Shown here piece after piece: positions 1 to 11,775 of a stretch of 64,000 nucleotides of DNA (the first letter of the stretch is position 1; each line of letters starts with the position of its first letter). The position numbers were made by a program, and so were the translations under genes. The DNA is from Streptosporangiaceae bacterium (GTDB lineage: Bacteria > Actinomycetota > Actinomycetes > Streptosporangiales > Streptosporangiaceae), in assembly GCA_030038295.1 (NCBI GenBank), contig JASHPF010000058.1, forward strand, positions 2,799-66,798, read 5' to 3'. Below the pieces are notes generated by a model. The model was not told the origin of the DNA. It did not search any database and saw nothing but the letters and a program-made list of their open reading frames with translations.

Positions 1-799
1 GGTCCGCGAGCTCGTTCATGCCGAGTAGCTCCATCAGCCGCGCGTCCGCGGGCCCGGCGATCCGCAGGGCGTGCAGCATCGGCAGGGTCCGGACGCCCTC
101 GCGCAGGTCGGTGCCCGGCGTCTTGCCGGACTGGGCCGACTCGCTCGTCACGTCCAGGATGTCGTCAGACAGCTGGAACGCCACGCCGAGCGCGGAGCAG
201 GCGGCCGTGATCCGCGCCACCACGTCGGCCGGGGCACCGGAGAACATCGCGCCGAACTGGCCTGCGGTGGCGATCAGCGACGCGGACTTCTCCGTGACCA
301 CAAAGAGGTAGTGGTCAACCGGATCGGTACCGGGGCGAGGGCCGACGGTCTCGGCGATCTGGCCGGTGACCAGCCGGGCAAAGGTCTCGGCCTGGATCTT
401 GATGGCCGCTGGCCCGAGATCGGCAAGGATCAGCGACGCACGCGCGAACAGGAAGTCTCCGGTCAGGATGGCGATCGCGTTGTCCCAGCGCGAGTTGGCG
501 CTCTGGCCGCCGCGCCGGGTGTCTGCCTCGTCCATCACGTCGTCGTGGTACAGCGTGGCCTGGTGGGTGAGCTCGACGGCGATGGCGGCGGGCACGAGAC
601 GCTCGTCGCTGGCGTCGCCAAACTGGGCGGCCAGCAGCAGGAGCATCGGCCGGAACCGTTTCCCGCCCGCGTCGATGAGGTGGAGGGACGCGTCGTGGAG
701 CACGTCGTGCTGGGCATGCGCCGCCGCCCGAAGGCCGTCCTCGACCAGCGCCAGGCTGGCCTCCACGCTGGCGGCGAGCGTCGCGTCGGTGAGTTCCAT
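1..799 (-). CDS. trans-polyprenyl diphosphate synthase (menaquinone side-chain type); C-terminal end lies outside the window
   Basis: Not in the ORF track because no stop lies inside the window. Hand translation of the minus strand from ATG 799 gives MELTDATLAASVEASLALVEDGLRAA..GKRFRPMLLLLAAQFG..ELTHQATLYHDDVMDEADTRRG..VAFQLSDDILDV..GKTPGTDLREG. Both Asp-rich DDxxD motifs of the polyprenyl synthase family are present. An in-frame GTG at 817 is an alternative start. Confidence 0.85.
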   Translation of the reverse strand, partial: MELTDATLAASVEASLALVEDGLRAAAHAQHDVLHDASLHLIDAGGKRFRPMLLLLAAQFGDASDERLVPAAIAVELTHQATLYHDDVMDEADTRRGGQSANSRWDNAIAILTGDFLFARASLILADLGPAAIKIQAETFARLVTGQIAETVGPRPGTDPVDHYLFVVTEKSASLIATAGQFGAMFSGAPADVVARITAACSALGVAFQLSDDILDVTSESAQSGKTPGTDLREGVRTLPMLHALRIAGPADARLMELLGMNELAD

Positions 800-910
800 C
801 CCTACAGCGGCAATCACACCGAACTCCTCGTCAGGCCTGGCCGGAGCTCCTCGGCCGGTCTTAGGTGAGGCTATCTGCTAGCAGCGCGCCACGATCAGCG
901 GACAGCAGCG

Positions 911-929
911 TAACGGACGGTGTCCGTTA
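911..929 (-). terminator. Short hairpin overlapping the nuoN stop codon (TAACGGAC-ggt-GTCCGTTA)
   Basis: Perfect 8-bp inverted repeat with a 3-nt loop at the 3' end of the nuo operon. No U-tract. Confidence 0.3.
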
Positions 930-2513
930 GCGGACGAACAACTGGGTCGCGGCGTGGTTGGCCAGGCTCAGCAGCGGCTGCGGGATGATTCCCAGCACGA
1001 TGGTGACAGCGGCACCGATGGCCACGGCGAGGCCGGTGTACGCGCTCGGCCGCACCACGACCGGGCCTTCCTCGGCCGGCTCGCTGAAGAACATCAGCAC
1101 GATGACCCGGACATACGGGAACGCCAGGATGGCGCTGCTGATCACGCCGATGATGACGAGTGGCGTCGCGCCACCCTCGATGGCGGCGCGGAACACCGCG
1201 AACTTGCCGGTGAACCCGCTGGTCAGCGGGATTCCGGCGAACGCGATGAGGAACAGCGCAAAGGCACCGGCGACCAGGGGGGACCGCTTGCCGAGACCGG
1301 CCCAGCTGGACAGGTGCCCGGCCTCGCCCGCCCGGTCGCGGACCAGGGTGACGATCGCGAAGGCCCCGATGGTGGCGAAGCCGTACGCCGCCAGGTAGAA
1401 CAGGCTGCCTGACAGGCCCGCCGTGTTCGCCGCGATCACGCCGGTGAGGATGTAGCCGGCCTGCGCGATAGAGGAATACGCCAGCAGCCGCTTGACGTCG
1501 GTCTGGGTGATCGCGATCACCGACCCGCCGAGCATGGTCAGGATGGCGACCGCCCACATCGCCGGGCGCCAGTCCCAGATGAGCTGGCCGAAGGCCACGT
1601 AGAAAACCCGCAGCAGCGCCCCGAACGCCGCGACCAGGGTGCAGGACGCCATCAGCGCCGTCACTGGCGTGGGCGAGCCCTGGTATACGTCTGGCTTCCA
1701 GGCCTGGAACGGCACCGCCCCGATCTTGAACAGCAGGCCCACGCCCAGCAGCGCGATGCCCGCATAGAGCAGCGTGGCGGACGCCGTGCTGGTCTGCGCG
1801 GCGTTGGCGATGGCCGATAGCCGGACCGAGCCGGCATAGCCGTACAGCATCGCGACGCCGAACAAGAAGATCGCCGACGAGAACGCGCCCAGCAGGAAGT
1901 ACTTCATCGCGGCTTCCTGCGACAGCAGCCGCCGGCGCCGCGCCAGGCCGCACAGCAGGTACAGCGGCAGCGACAGGACCTCGAGCGCGATGAACATGGT
2001 CAGCAGGTCGTTCGCCGCCGGGAAGAGCAGCATGCCGCCGACGGCGAACAGCGTCAGCGGGTAGACCTCGGTATGCTGCACGCCGGCCAGCAGGCCCTCG
2101 CGCTCTTCCGCGCTGCCGGGCACGGCCGCCGCCTGCGGCGTGAACGCGCGCACCTCGTCCGACGATTCCGCTATCAGCAGCACGCTGACGAAGGCCAGCA
2201 CGATGATCGTCGCCTGGATGAACAGCGTGGGCCGGTCTACCCCGACCGTGCCGACCGCGACCACCGCGCCCGGCTTGTCCCCGGCGAAGATCGAGTTGGT
2301 CGCCGCCAGCACAATGGTGAGGATGAACGCCCCGGCCAGGCTGCCGAGCGTGAGCACCACCTGCAGCGGCCGCCGCAGCTCCCTGGCCGCGAAGCCCTCG
2401 ACCAGCACGCCGGCGAGCGCCGCGCCGAAGACCAGCAGCATCGGGGAGAGCAGGCCCCACTCAAAGTGCGGCGCTGCGATGGTCGACACTGACGCCGCGA
2501 CGGTCCCGGTCAC
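927..2513 (-). CDS. nuoN: NADH-quinone oxidoreductase subunit N
   Basis: 528-aa polytopic membrane ORF and last gene of the nuoA-N array. Its start overlaps the nuoM stop. Antiporter-like pattern LFKIGAVPFQAWKPDVYQGSPTPVTALMA. Confidence 0.93.
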   Translation of the reverse strand: MTGTVAASVSTIAAPHFEWGLLSPMLLVFGAALAGVLVEGFAARELRRPLQVVLTLGSLAGAFILTIVLAATNSIFAGDKPGAVVAVGTVGVDRPTLFIQATIIVLAFVSVLLIAESSDEVRAFTPQAAAVPGSAEEREGLLAGVQHTEVYPLTLFAVGGMLLFPAANDLLTMFIALEVLSLPLYLLCGLARRRRLLSQEAAMKYFLLGAFSSAIFLFGVAMLYGYAGSVRLSAIANAAQTSTASATLLYAGIALLGVGLLFKIGAVPFQAWKPDVYQGSPTPVTALMASCTLVAAFGALLRVFYVAFGQLIWDWRPAMWAVAILTMLGGSVIAITQTDVKRLLAYSSIAQAGYILTGVIAANTAGLSGSLFYLAAYGFATIGAFAIVTLVRDRAGEAGHLSSWAGLGKRSPLVAGAFALFLIAFAGIPLTSGFTGKFAVFRAAIEGGATPLVIIGVISSAILAFPYVRVIVLMFFSEPAEEGPVVVRPSAYTGLAVAIGAAVTIVLGIIPQPLLSLANHAATQLFVR

Positions 2514-4243
2514 GCCGAGCTCCCTTGCTTGTGCGGGGCGAGATGGACCGGCACGTGCGACACCAGCGCCGTCTTGTCAGCGAGCCGCCGGACGTGGTGC
2601 CCGCTGCTCGTGGTGTGGCTGGCCGACGTACTCGCCGTGGCGGGGTGGGCCGGCACCGGGTCGGTGCTGTGCGTGCCGGCCAGGGTGGCGTGCACCGCCG
2701 GATTGATGATGTCCAGCGCGGGCTTGGGGTAGACGCCGAGCACCACGACGAGCGCGATCAGCGGCGCGACGGCCCACAGCTCCCTGGCCTTGAGGTCGGG
2801 CATGGCCGCGACTTCCGGCTTCACCGGGCCGGTCATCGTCCGCTGGTACATCCACAGGATGTAGATCGCGGCCAGGATGATGCCGACGGTGGCAAGGACC
2901 GCCGCTGCCTGGTACCGGGTGAACGTGCCGACGAGCACGAGGAACTCGCTGACGAAGGTGGACAGGCCGGGCAGCGAAAGCCCGGCGAGGCCTGCGATCA
3001 GGAACAACCCGGCCAGCACGGGTGCGACCTTTTGCACGCCGCCGTAGTCGCGGATGAGGTGCGACCCGCGGCGGGATATCAGGAACCCGGCGATGAGGAA
3101 CAACGCGCCGGTCGCGAAACCGTGGTTGACCATGTAGAACGTCGCACCCGCCTGGCCCTGGCTGGTCATGGCGAAGATGCCGAGGGTGATCAGGCCCATG
3201 TGCGACACCGACGTGTAGGCGATCAGGCGCTTGAGGTCGGCCTGGCCGATCGCCACCACGGCGCCGTAGAGCACGCCGATCACCGATAGCACGATCACCA
3301 GCGGCGTGAAGAAGTGCGCGGCCGCGGGGAACAGGTCCAGGCAGTACCGGATCATGCCAAACGTGCCCACCTTGTCCAGCACGCCGACCAGCAGCACGGC
3401 CGCGCCGGGCTGTGCCGACGTCGCCGCGTCCGGCAGCCAGGTGTGGAACGGCCAGAGCGGCGCCTTGATCGCGAACGCGACGAAGAAGCCGAGGAAGAGC
3501 CACTTCTGCGTCGTGGGGCTGAGCGCCAGGTGGGTGAGCTGAGTGAACAGGAACGTGCCCTCCGTGTGCCCGCCGTGCGTGGAGTAGACGTAGAGCGCGA
3601 TGACCGCGACCAGCATCAGCAGCCCGCCGAGCAGGCTGTAGAGCAGGAACTTCACCGCCGCGTACTGCCGCTGGCCCACGCCGTAGCTACCGATCATGAA
3701 GTACATCGGCACGAGCATGGCCTCGAAGAACACGTAGAACAGGAAGACATCGGTGGCCGCGAAGACGCCGATCATCATGGTCTCGAGCACGAGCATCATC
3801 GCGAAGTAGGACTTCACGCTGCGGGCTCGCGGCGCCCTGGTGCTCGGCGTGGTGCCCGCGACTCTGCCGCCGCTGGCCGTGACGTCCTCGACGTCGTTCC
3901 ACGAGGCCAGCACCACGACCGGCATCAGGACCACGGACATCAGGATCAGCACGAGCGCGATGCCGTCCACACCGACCGCGTAGTGCACGCCGAACTGCGG
4001 GATCCACTCGTAGACCTGCTGGAACTGGAACCGCGGGCCGCCGGGCGAGAACTGAGCCGCCATCACGGCGACCACGACGAGCGTGAGCAGCGAGAACGCC
4101 AGCGCGATGCGCTTGACCAGCAGGTCGCGGGCGCGCCGGTCGGCGTCGCTGCCCGGTGCCGACCTGCCCGGCGTCAGCGCGATCGCGATGGCGCCAACCA
4201 GCGGGATCGCGCCCGCAACCGTCAGCCAGGGGAAGGAGCTCAT
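2510..4243 (-). CDS. nuoM: NADH-quinone oxidoreductase subunit M
   Basis: ORF-track ORF 2510..4423 trimmed to ATG 4243 (MSSFPWLTVAGAIPLVG), 22 nt after the nuoL stop. ND4-like motif AFAIKAPLWPFHTWLPDA. Carries a hydrophilic insertion and a Ser/Thr/His-rich C-terminal tail. Confidence 0.92.
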   Translation of the reverse strand: MSSFPWLTVAGAIPLVGAIAIALTPGRSAPGSDADRRARDLLVKRIALAFSLLTLVVVAVMAAQFSPGGPRFQFQQVYEWIPQFGVHYAVGVDGIALVLILMSVVLMPVVVLASWNDVEDVTASGGRVAGTTPSTRAPRARSVKSYFAMMLVLETMMIGVFAATDVFLFYVFFEAMLVPMYFMIGSYGVGQRQYAAVKFLLYSLLGGLLMLVAVIALYVYSTHGGHTEGTFLFTQLTHLALSPTTQKWLFLGFFVAFAIKAPLWPFHTWLPDAATSAQPGAAVLLVGVLDKVGTFGMIRYCLDLFPAAAHFFTPLVIVLSVIGVLYGAVVAIGQADLKRLIAYTSVSHMGLITLGIFAMTSQGQAGATFYMVNHGFATGALFLIAGFLISRRGSHLIRDYGGVQKVAPVLAGLFLIAGLAGLSLPGLSTFVSEFLVLVGTFTRYQAAAVLATVGIILAAIYILWMYQRTMTGPVKPEVAAMPDLKARELWAVAPLIALVVVLGVYPKPALDIINPAVHATLAGTHSTDPVPAHPATASTSASHTTSSGHHVRRLADKTALVSHVPVHLAPHKQGSSA

Positions 4244-4265
4244 CAGTTCGCCAGCCTCACCATTT

Positions 4266-6209
4266 CTACAGCCGCACCAGCAGCAGCGCGCCGACCAGCA
4301 GCACGGCTCCGAGCAGCATGGACAGCGCGTACGAGCGGACGAACCCGGTCTGCACCCGGCGCAGCCGGCCCGACGATCCGCCGAAGGTGGCCGCCACGGT
4401 GTTGACGATGCCGTCGACGCCACGGTTGTCGAAGTACACCGACAGCCGGGTCAGCCACTGGCCGGGTCGCATCAGCAGGGACTCGTTGACGGCGTTCCCG
4501 TACAGCTCCTTCCGAGCCGCCACCGTGACCGGGCTTCCGGCCGGCGCGGTCACCGGCACATCCCGGCGCCCGTACATCAGGTACGCGATGGCGGCACCGA
4601 CCACGACCAGCGCCAGCGCGGCGCTGCCCGCGGGAGTCCAGATACCGTGCAGGGTCGGGGGCACGCCGGTGACCGGCCCGAGGAAGTTCAGCAGCCGGTT
4701 GCCGAGGATCAGGAAGCCGCCGGCCGCCACCGAGCCGATGGCCAGCACGATCATGGGCGAGGTCATCACCGGCGGTGCCTCGTGCGGGTGCACCTTCTCG
4801 TCCCAGCGGCGCTCGCCGGCGAACGTCATGAGCATGACCCTGGTCATGTAGAACGCGGTGATGCCCGCGCCGATCAGCGCCGCGGTACCGAGCAGCGCGC
4901 CGGAGGTGCCGCCCTTGGCGAACGCGGCGTCGATGATCGGGTCCTTGGTGAAGAACCCGGACAGCGGCGGCACGCCGATGATGGCGAGGTAGCCGAGGCC
5001 GAAGGTGACCCACGTGATCGGCATCACCCTCGCTAGGCCGCCAAAGCGGCGCATGTCGACCTCGTCGTCCATCTCGTGCTTGACCGAGCCGGCCCCGAGG
5101 AACAGCCCGGCCTTGAAGAAGCCGTGCGCCAGCAGGTGCGCGATCGCGAACACGTAACCGGCCGGCCCAAGGCCGGCGGCCAGCATCATGTAGCCGATCT
5201 GGCTCATGGTGGAGCCGGCCAGCGCCTTCTTGATGTCGTCCTTCGCGCATCCGATGATGGCGCCGAACAGCAGCGTCACGGCGCCGACGATGGCGACGGC
5301 GAGCCGGGCGCCCGCGCTCAGGTCGAAGATGGGCGCCGACCGGACGATCAGGTACACGCCCGCCGTCACCATGGTCGCGGCGTGGATGAGGGCGGACACC
5401 GGGGTCGGGCCCTCCATGGCGTCCAGCAGCCAGGACTGCAGCGGCACCTGGGCGGACTTGCCGCACGCGCCGAGGAGCAGCAGCAGTCCGATGGCGAGCA
5501 CGACCCCGTGGCTCGCCTTCCCGACCGCGCCGAACACCCCAGTGAACGTCACGGAGCCGAACTGGAAGAACATCAGCATGATGGCCAGCGACAAGCCGGC
5601 GTCACCGACTCGGTTGGCGATGAATGCCTTCTTGGCCGCGACCGCGGCCGCAGGCTTGTACTGCCAGAAGCCGATCAGCAGGTAGGACGCCAGGCCCACG
5701 CCCTCCCAGCCGACGTACAGCCCGAGATAGTTATCGGCCAGCACGAGCAGGAGCATCGCGGCGAGGAACAGGTTCATGTAGCCGAAGAACCGGCGGCGCT
5801 CCGGGTCGTGCGACATGTAGCCGACCGCGAAGATGTGGATCAGCGAGCCGACACCGGTGATCAGCAGCACAAAGCAGATGGACAGCTGATCCAGCTGCAG
5901 GCCCATCGGCACCTGGAACCGGCCGACGTCGATGAACTGGTAGATGGTCAGGTCACGGGAGCGCTGCGCCGCCGGGTAGCCGAGCATCTGCACGAAGGCG
6001 GCGACACCGTACACGAACGCGAGCACCGGCATGGCCACGCCCACCAGGTGACCCCAGGAGTTCGTCCGCTTGCCGCCGAGCAGCAGGACTGCGGCGCCGA
6101 GCAGCGGGAAGGCGAGCAGCAGCCAGGCCGCGTCCTGGAGCCCGGTGGCGTGCAGCGTCGCGATCGCCACGGCGGAGTGCGCGAGCGTACCGTCGGCTGA
6201 GCCGGTCAT
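4266..6209 (-). CDS. nuoL: NADH-quinone oxidoreductase subunit L
   Basis: 647-aa polytopic ORF. ND5-like block [38 protein letters not shown]. Correct position in the operon. Confidence 0.94.
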   Translation of the reverse strand: MTGSADGTLAHSAVAIATLHATGLQDAAWLLLAFPLLGAAVLLLGGKRTNSWGHLVGVAMPVLAFVYGVAAFVQMLGYPAAQRSRDLTIYQFIDVGRFQVPMGLQLDQLSICFVLLITGVGSLIHIFAVGYMSHDPERRRFFGYMNLFLAAMLLLVLADNYLGLYVGWEGVGLASYLLIGFWQYKPAAAVAAKKAFIANRVGDAGLSLAIMLMFFQFGSVTFTGVFGAVGKASHGVVLAIGLLLLLGACGKSAQVPLQSWLLDAMEGPTPVSALIHAATMVTAGVYLIVRSAPIFDLSAGARLAVAIVGAVTLLFGAIIGCAKDDIKKALAGSTMSQIGYMMLAAGLGPAGYVFAIAHLLAHGFFKAGLFLGAGSVKHEMDDEVDMRRFGGLARVMPITWVTFGLGYLAIIGVPPLSGFFTKDPIIDAAFAKGGTSGALLGTAALIGAGITAFYMTRVMLMTFAGERRWDEKVHPHEAPPVMTSPMIVLAIGSVAAGGFLILGNRLLNFLGPVTGVPPTLHGIWTPAGSAALALVVVGAAIAYLMYGRRDVPVTAPAGSPVTVAARKELYGNAVNESLLMRPGQWLTRLSVYFDNRGVDGIVNTVAATFGGSSGRLRRVQTGFVRSYALSMLLGAVLLVGALLLVRL

Positions 6210-6221
6210 GGCTCCCTTTCG

Positions 6222-6524
6222 TCAGTACTTCATGAGGTTCGCGTCGTCGACCGACGCGGACCTGCGGGCCCGGAAGATAGCGGTCAGGATGGCCAGGCCG
6301 ACGACTACCTCGGCGGCCGCCACCACCATGACGAAGAAGGCGATCACCTGCCCGTCGAGCGCGCCGTGCATCCGGGCGAACGTGACGAACGCCAGGTTGG
6401 CGGCGTTGAGCATGAGCTCGACGCACATGAACACCACGATCGCGTTGCGCCGGACAAGCACCCCGACGGCGCCGATCACGAACAAGATCACCGAGAGCGC
6501 GATGAAGTGCGCCGGGCTTACCAC
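6222..6524 (-). CDS. nuoK: NADH-quinone oxidoreductase subunit K
   Basis: 100-aa, three-TM ND4L-like ORF. The GTG start shares one nt with the nuoJ stop codon. Confidence 0.92.
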   Translation of the reverse strand: MVSPAHFIALSVILFVIGAVGVLVRRNAIVVFMCVELMLNAANLAFVTFARMHGALDGQVIAFFVMVVAAAEVVVGLAILTAIFRARRSASVDDANLMKY

Positions 6525-7348
6525 TACCGGTCACCTGCTTCCGGGCCGGAGGCGGGCCCCTGGCCCGCCACGGCGGGCGGCTGCTCGCCGCCTGGCTGCG
6601 GACCGCCCAGGGCGGGCGGTCGCTCTGCACGCCCGGCGCCCGACAGGACCGGGCTGACCGACAGCTCGGCCTGGCTGCCGTCGGGCAGCAGCGCGGGCAT
6701 GTCTACGCTGTTGTGCTGCGCATAGGTGCCGGGGCCGGGCAGCGGCGTCGGGTGGTTGCTCGCGATGCGGGCGGCGGCCAGCTCCCGCTGGGTCGGCTTG
6801 GGCCGAAGGCGCTCGCGATGCGCCAGCACCATCGCGCCGACCGCGGCCGTGATCAGCAGGGCGCTGGTGATCTCGAACGGAAAAACGTATCTGGTGAAGA
6901 TAAGGTGCGCCAGCGCCGTCACGTTTGAGTTGCCGAACTGAGCGCTGCTCTTTCCCGCTGGGCCGATGACCGCGTGCCCGATGACGAGGCTCAGCAGGAT
7001 CAGCATGGCGATTCCGGCCAGCGCCGCCCAGAGCCGCTGCCCGCGGATCGTCTCGATGGTCGAGTCGGCCGCGGTGATGCCGACGATCATGAGGACGAAC
7101 AGGAACAGCATCAGCACGGCGCCGGTGTAGACGATGATCTGGACGAAGGCCAGGAAGGGCGCACCGTTCATCAGGTAAAACACGGCCAGCGACAGCATGA
7201 CGACCGCCAGCAGCAGCGCGCAGTGCACCGCCCGGCGCGCCAGGATCATGCCGAGCGCGGCCGCCACCGAGGCGATGGCCAGCACCCAGTAGATGAGCAG
7301 CCGGGTCGTCTCGGCCGCCGGCCCGGCCAGCACGATGGAATGTGTCAC
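6524..7348 (-). CDS. nuoJ: NADH-quinone oxidoreductase subunit J
   Basis: 274 aa: an ND6-like TM core followed by a Pro/Gly-rich tail. GTGA overlap with the nuoI stop. Confidence 0.9.
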   Translation of the reverse strand: MTHSIVLAGPAAETTRLLIYWVLAIASVAAALGMILARRAVHCALLLAVVMLSLAVFYLMNGAPFLAFVQIIVYTGAVLMLFLFVLMIVGITAADSTIETIRGQRLWAALAGIAMLILLSLVIGHAVIGPAGKSSAQFGNSNVTALAHLIFTRYVFPFEITSALLITAAVGAMVLAHRERLRPKPTQRELAAARIASNHPTPLPGPGTYAQHNSVDMPALLPDGSQAELSVSPVLSGAGRAERPPALGGPQPGGEQPPAVAGQGPASGPEAGDR

Positions 7349-7965
7349 CGCGCGCTCCCCCGCTCACCGGCCAGGTCCTGCGCGGGCCAGTCCTGGTGCG
7401 GCTCGTCCTGGATCGGGTTCCACCCGCCGGTGCCGGGCTCGGTTCCGGCCTGCGACCGCGCCAGCATGGCGCCGAGCCGGTAGTAGTCCTCTTCGCTGTC
7501 GCCGAGCCGCATCGGGTGCGGCGGCGCTTCCATGCCCGGCTGCAGCGGCGCCACGAGCTGTTCCTTGGTCCAGATCAGGCTCTCGCGGTTGTCATCGGCG
7601 AGCTCGTAGTCGTTCGTCATGGTCAGCGCCCGGGTCGGGCACGCTTCGATGCACAGCCCGCACAGAATGCAGCGCAGGTAGTTGATCTGGTACACGCGGC
7701 CGTACCGCTCGCCGGGCGAGTAGCGCTCTTCCGGCGTGTTGTCGGCACCCTCCACGTAGATGGCGTCGGCCGGGCAGGCCCAGGCGCACAGCTCGCAGCC
7801 GATGCACTTCTCCAGCCCGTCCGGCCAGCGGTTGAGCTGGTGGCGGCCGTGGAACCGGGGCGCGGTGGGCAGCTTCTGCTCGGGGTACTGAACGGTGTCG
7901 ACCTTGCGGAACATCTGCCGGAAGGTGACGCCGAAGCCCTTGACCGAGTCGAAGAACTCAGGCAT
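7345..7965 (-). CDS. nuoI: NADH-quinone oxidoreductase subunit I (2x[4Fe-4S])
   Basis: Two ferredoxin-type motifs, [12 protein letters not shown] and [15 protein letters not shown]-track ORF (to 8265) trimmed to ATG 7965 ([13 protein letters not shown]), which sits just downstream of AAGGAGGGG and overlaps the nuoH end by 8 nt. Confidence 0.93.
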   Translation of the reverse strand: MPEFFDSVKGFGVTFRQMFRKVDTVQYPEQKLPTAPRFHGRHQLNRWPDGLEKCIGCELCAWACPADAIYVEGADNTPEERYSPGERYGRVYQINYLRCILCGLCIEACPTRALTMTNDYELADDNRESLIWTKEQLVAPLQPGMEAPPHPMRLGDSEEDYYRLGAMLARSQAGTEPGTGGWNPIQDEPHQDWPAQDLAGERGSAR

Positions 7966-9349
7966 GGTACCCCTCCTTTGCCTCGTCGTCGGCCACGCCG
8001 GCGAGCACCGGCATGCTCGTGGCGATGCCGATTCCGTGGTAGTGCGGAAGATCCATGGGCGGGGTGGGGAACGCCGGGCCGGGCGCCGGTTCCTCCCCCG
8101 CAGCAACGCGCGCTTCCGCCGATTCAGCGGCCAGCCGCTCGGCGCGCTGCGGCGCCGACTCCCACCGCCACAGCAGCGCGAGGAGGACCGCGATGATGCC
8201 GCCGCCGATGATGTACACGGCCGGGCTGGCCCCCTGCTGGCGGTACACCCGCGCGGTCGCGACAATCAGCGTCCAGGCCAGCGCGGACGGGATCAGCACC
8301 TTCCAGCCCAGCCGCATGAGCTGGTCGTACCGGATCCTTGGCAGCGAGCCGCGCAGCCAGAGGAAGACGAACATCAGCACGGCCACCTTGCACAGGAACC
8401 ACAGCACCGGCCACCAGCCGTCGTCGAAGGTGGGCCACACCGACAGCGGCCACGGCGCCCGCCAGCCACCGAGGAACAAGGTCGTGGCCAGGGCGGAAAC
8501 GGTGAACATGTTGACGTACTCGGCCAGATAGAACAGCGCGAACTTCAGCGACGAGTACTCGGTCATGTGGCCGGCGACGATCTCGCCCTCGCCCTCCGGC
8601 AGGTCGAACGGCAGCCGGTTGGTCTCGCCGACCATGGTGATGAGGTAGATGAGGAACGACGGCAGCAGCAGAATCGCGTACCAGGACGGCCAGTGCCAGA
8701 TGTAGCCGAAGAAGTGGAACTCGGCACCGTGGATCTGCGCCGCCACGATCTGCGAGGTCGACAGCGACCCGGCGTACAGGAAGACCGGCACGAACGCCAG
8801 GCCCATGGCGATCTCGTAGCTGATCACCTGCGCCGAGCTGCGCAGGGCTCCGAGCAGCGGGTACGGCGACCGAGATGACCAGCCGGCCAGCACGATGCCG
8901 TACACACCCATCGAGCTCATCGCGAGGATCAGCAGCACCGCGACCGGCAGGTCGGTGAGCTGCAGCGGCGTCCGGTGGCCGGCGATCGACACGATCGGGC
9001 CCCACGGGATGACCGCGAAGCCGATGAACGCCGGAATGGCCGCGATCGCCGGGGCGAGCCAGAACAGCACCTTGTCGACGGTGCGCGGAACGATGTCTTC
9101 CTTCAGCGGCAGCTTGATGCCGTCCATCAGGGACTGCAGCAGGCCGAACTTGCCAGCCCGGTTCGGGCCCGGACGCTGCTGCATCCGCCCGAGGACCTTG
9201 CGCTCGGCCCAGATCATGAACAGGGTCCCGAGCATCAGGAACAGGAAGATGATCAGCACCTTGACAAGGACCAGCCACCACGGGTCGTGCCCGAAGCTGG
9301 CGAGCGTCGGGACGTTGGAGGCCGCCGGCGCGGCCGCGAGGCCTCTCAT
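7958..9349 (-). CDS. nuoH: NADH-quinone oxidoreductase subunit H
   Basis: 463-aa ND1-like membrane ORF ([35 protein letters not shown]) with a hydrophilic C-terminal extension. ATGA overlap with the nuoG stop. Confidence 0.93.
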   Translation of the reverse strand: MRGLAAAPAASNVPTLASFGHDPWWLVLVKVLIIFLFLMLGTLFMIWAERKVLGRMQQRPGPNRAGKFGLLQSLMDGIKLPLKEDIVPRTVDKVLFWLAPAIAAIPAFIGFAVIPWGPIVSIAGHRTPLQLTDLPVAVLLILAMSSMGVYGIVLAGWSSRSPYPLLGALRSSAQVISYEIAMGLAFVPVFLYAGSLSTSQIVAAQIHGAEFHFFGYIWHWPSWYAILLLPSFLIYLITMVGETNRLPFDLPEGEGEIVAGHMTEYSSLKFALFYLAEYVNMFTVSALATTLFLGGWRAPWPLSVWPTFDDGWWPVLWFLCKVAVLMFVFLWLRGSLPRIRYDQLMRLGWKVLIPSALAWTLIVATARVYRQQGASPAVYIIGGGIIAVLLALLWRWESAPQRAERLAAESAEARVAAGEEPAPGPAFPTPPMDLPHYHGIGIATSMPVLAGVADDEAKEGYHA

Positions 9350-11775
9350 TCCGCGCTCCGCACCGAGACGAGGCTGCCGTGCCCGGCGGCCAGCTGGCGC
9401 CGGATGGCACTGCCCGCCGAATTGGTCGGCAGCCAGACGACCCGGTCAGGCATGTCTGTGATCTCCACGGGAACTGTTATCGTGCCGCGGCCGGTGGCCA
9501 CGGTCACCTTGCCGCCGTCGGCGGTGCCGACCTCCGCTGCGGTAGCGGCGGACAGCCGCGCGACCGCGGCCCGCGCCGTGCCAGCCAGGTTCGGCTCACC
9601 GTCCTGCATGCGGCCCGCGTCGAGCAGATTATGCCAGGTGGCCAGCAATGCCCGGCCCGGACCCGGACGCTCGGGCTGGAGCTGGCTGATCCGCCCGAGC
9701 GGGGCGTCATCGCGCGCCGGACCGACCGGGGCTGGCGCCTGAGTCAGCACCGTGAGCTCGCGACGGGCCGACGCGATGTCTGGCAGCCCCAGGTGCACGT
9801 CCATCTCGTCGGCCAGCGCGGCCAGCACGTGCAGGTCGGTCCGCACCGTCGGCACCGGCAGCGCGGCCTCGAACGATCCGCCCCGGCCCTCCCAGTCGAC
9901 GAAGGTGCCCGGCTTCTCCGCCACCGCGGCCACCGGGAAAACCACATCGGCCCGGTCGGTCACCGCGCTGACGCGCAGCTCGAGGCTCACGATGAAGCCG
10001 GCCGCCTCGATCGAGCGCAGCGCGGACGCCGGGTCGGGCAGGTCGTCGGGGTCGACGCCGCCGATGAGCAGCGCCTCGATGTCGCCGGCCGCGGTGGCGG
10101 CGAGGATCTCGCCGGTGGCCCGGCCGGGCGCGGTCGGCAGCGAGCCCGTGCCCCAGGTCGTGGCCACCTCGGTGGTCACCGAAGCGCCGATCCGGCGGCC
10201 GCCGGGCAGCAGGTTCGGCAGCGCACCCGCCTCGAGGGCGCCGCGCTCTCCGGCCCGCCGCGGGATCCAGGCCAGCCCGGCGCCGGTCTGCGCCGACAGC
10301 CGGGCGGCCGCGGACAGGGCGCCTGGCACCTCGGCGAGCCGCTCGCCCACGAGGATGACGGCGCCGGGTTCGCGCAGGCTGGCGGCGAGCGCCGAGTCAG
10401 GGCCATCGGCGAGCGCGGCCAGCGCGGCGGCCTCGGCGCCGGGTACGGTCGGCAGCAGCGTGCCGGCCAGCTTGGACAGGCCGCGGCTGGCCAGCGCAGC
10501 GATGGAGTACACCGCCTGGTGGCCGCCGCGGACCGCCTTGCGCAGCCGGAGGAACACGATCGGGCACTCGTCTTCTGGCTCGAACCCGGCCAGCAGCACC
10601 GCGGGTGCCTGCTGCAGCTCCGCGTAGCTGAGCCCGGGCCGGCCCGCCACGTGGTCGGCGAGGAACTCCAGTTCCTCGGCCGAGTGCGGTCTTGCCCGCA
10701 TGTCGATGTCGTTGGTCCCGAGCGCGACGCGCGCGAACTTCGCGTAGCCGTAGGCGTCCTCGACGGTGAGCCGCCCGCCGGGCAGCACGCCGACCCGGCC
10801 GCGGGCGGCGGCCAGCCCGCGCGCCGCCACGGCGATCGCCTCGGGCCACGACGCCGGCTGCAGCACGCCGTCCTCGTCCCGCACCAGCGGCGACACCAGC
10901 CGGTCCGGCTGGGTCGCGTAGGTGAACGCCCACCGGCCCTTGTCGCAGTTCCACTCCTCGTTGACCGCGGGGTCGCTGCCCGCGAGCCGCCGCGTCACCG
11001 CGCCGCGCCGGTGGTCGGTGCGCTGGCGGCAGCCCGCCGCGCAGTGCTCGCACACGCTCGGCGTCGACACCAGGTCGTAGGGCCGGGCGCGGAACCGGTA
11101 CGAGGCGCCGGTGAGCGCACCCACCGGGCAGATCTGCACGGTGTTCCCGGAGAAGTAGGAGTCGAACGGAACCCCGTCCGCCGTGCCGACCTGCTCCTGC
11201 GGCCCCCGCTCGACCAGCTCGATGAGCGGGTCGCCGGCGATCTGGTCGGCAAACCGCGTGCAGCGGGCACACTGGATGCACCGCTCCCGGTCGAGCAGCA
11301 CCTGCGCGGACAGCGCGATCGGCTTGGGGAACGTGCGCTTGGTCAGGTAGTACCTGGACTCGCCCTGCCCGGTCGTCATGGCCTGGTTCTGCAGCGGGCA
11401 CTCGCCGCCCTTGTCGCACATCGGGCAGTCAAGCGGGTGATTGACCAGCAGCAGCTCCATCATGCCGCGCTGCGCCTTCTCCGCGACCGGCGAGGTGAGC
11501 TGGGTGCGTACCACCATGCCCTCGGTCACCACGGTCGTGCAGGACGCGGGCGGCTTGGGCTGGCCCTCGACCTGCACGAGGCACTGGCGGCACGCACCGA
11601 TGGGGTCGAGGAGCGGGTGGTCGCAGAACCGCGGGATCTGGATGCCCAGCAGCTCGGCCGCGCGGATGATCAGCGTGCCCTTCGGCACGGTGATTTCGAA
11701 CCCGTCGATGGTCACCCGGACGCCGTCGGCCGGCTTGGCTGCGCTGCCGGCCGGGCCAGTGGTCTGCACGGTCAT
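9346..11775 (-). CDS. nuoG: NADH-quinone oxidoreductase subunit G
   Basis: 809 aa. N-terminal Fe-S cysteine clusters ([27 protein letters not shown]) followed by a molybdopterin-oxidoreductase-like domain. Confidence 0.94.
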   Translation of the reverse strand: MTVQTTGPAGSAAKPADGVRVTIDGFEITVPKGTLIIRAAELLGIQIPRFCDHPLLDPIGACRQCLVQVEGQPKPPASCTTVVTEGMVVRTQLTSPVAEKAQRGMMELLLVNHPLDCPMCDKGGECPLQNQAMTTGQGESRYYLTKRTFPKPIALSAQVLLDRERCIQCARCTRFADQIAGDPLIELVERGPQEQVGTADGVPFDSYFSGNTVQICPVGALTGASYRFRARPYDLVSTPSVCEHCAAGCRQRTDHRRGAVTRRLAGSDPAVNEEWNCDKGRWAFTYATQPDRLVSPLVRDEDGVLQPASWPEAIAVAARGLAAARGRVGVLPGGRLTVEDAYGYAKFARVALGTNDIDMRARPHSAEELEFLADHVAGRPGLSYAELQQAPAVLLAGFEPEDECPIVFLRLRKAVRGGHQAVYSIAALASRGLSKLAGTLLPTVPGAEAAALAALADGPDSALAASLREPGAVILVGERLAEVPGALSAAARLSAQTGAGLAWIPRRAGERGALEAGALPNLLPGGRRIGASVTTEVATTWGTGSLPTAPGRATGEILAATAAGDIEALLIGGVDPDDLPDPASALRSIEAAGFIVSLELRVSAVTDRADVVFPVAAVAEKPGTFVDWEGRGGSFEAALPVPTVRTDLHVLAALADEMDVHLGLPDIASARRELTVLTQAPAPVGPARDDAPLGRISQLQPERPGPGRALLATWHNLLDAGRMQDGEPNLAGTARAAVARLSAATAAEVGTADGGKVTVATGRGTITVPVEITDMPDRVVWLPTNSAGSAIRRQLAAGHGSLVSVRSAE

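Noticed and set aside
4244-4423. N-terminal extensions of ORF-track ORFs (nuoM, nuoI to 8265, nuoC to 16280, nuoE to 13873, menG to 19543, tatD to 61081, metG to 62529, cysN to 40770, and others)
   Set aside because: Each extension overlaps the 3' end of the upstream gene, is Arg/Cys/Pro-rich, and precedes a conserved family N-terminus. That N-terminus has its own start codon, often forming ATGA/GTGA coupling. I trimmed each to the internal start.
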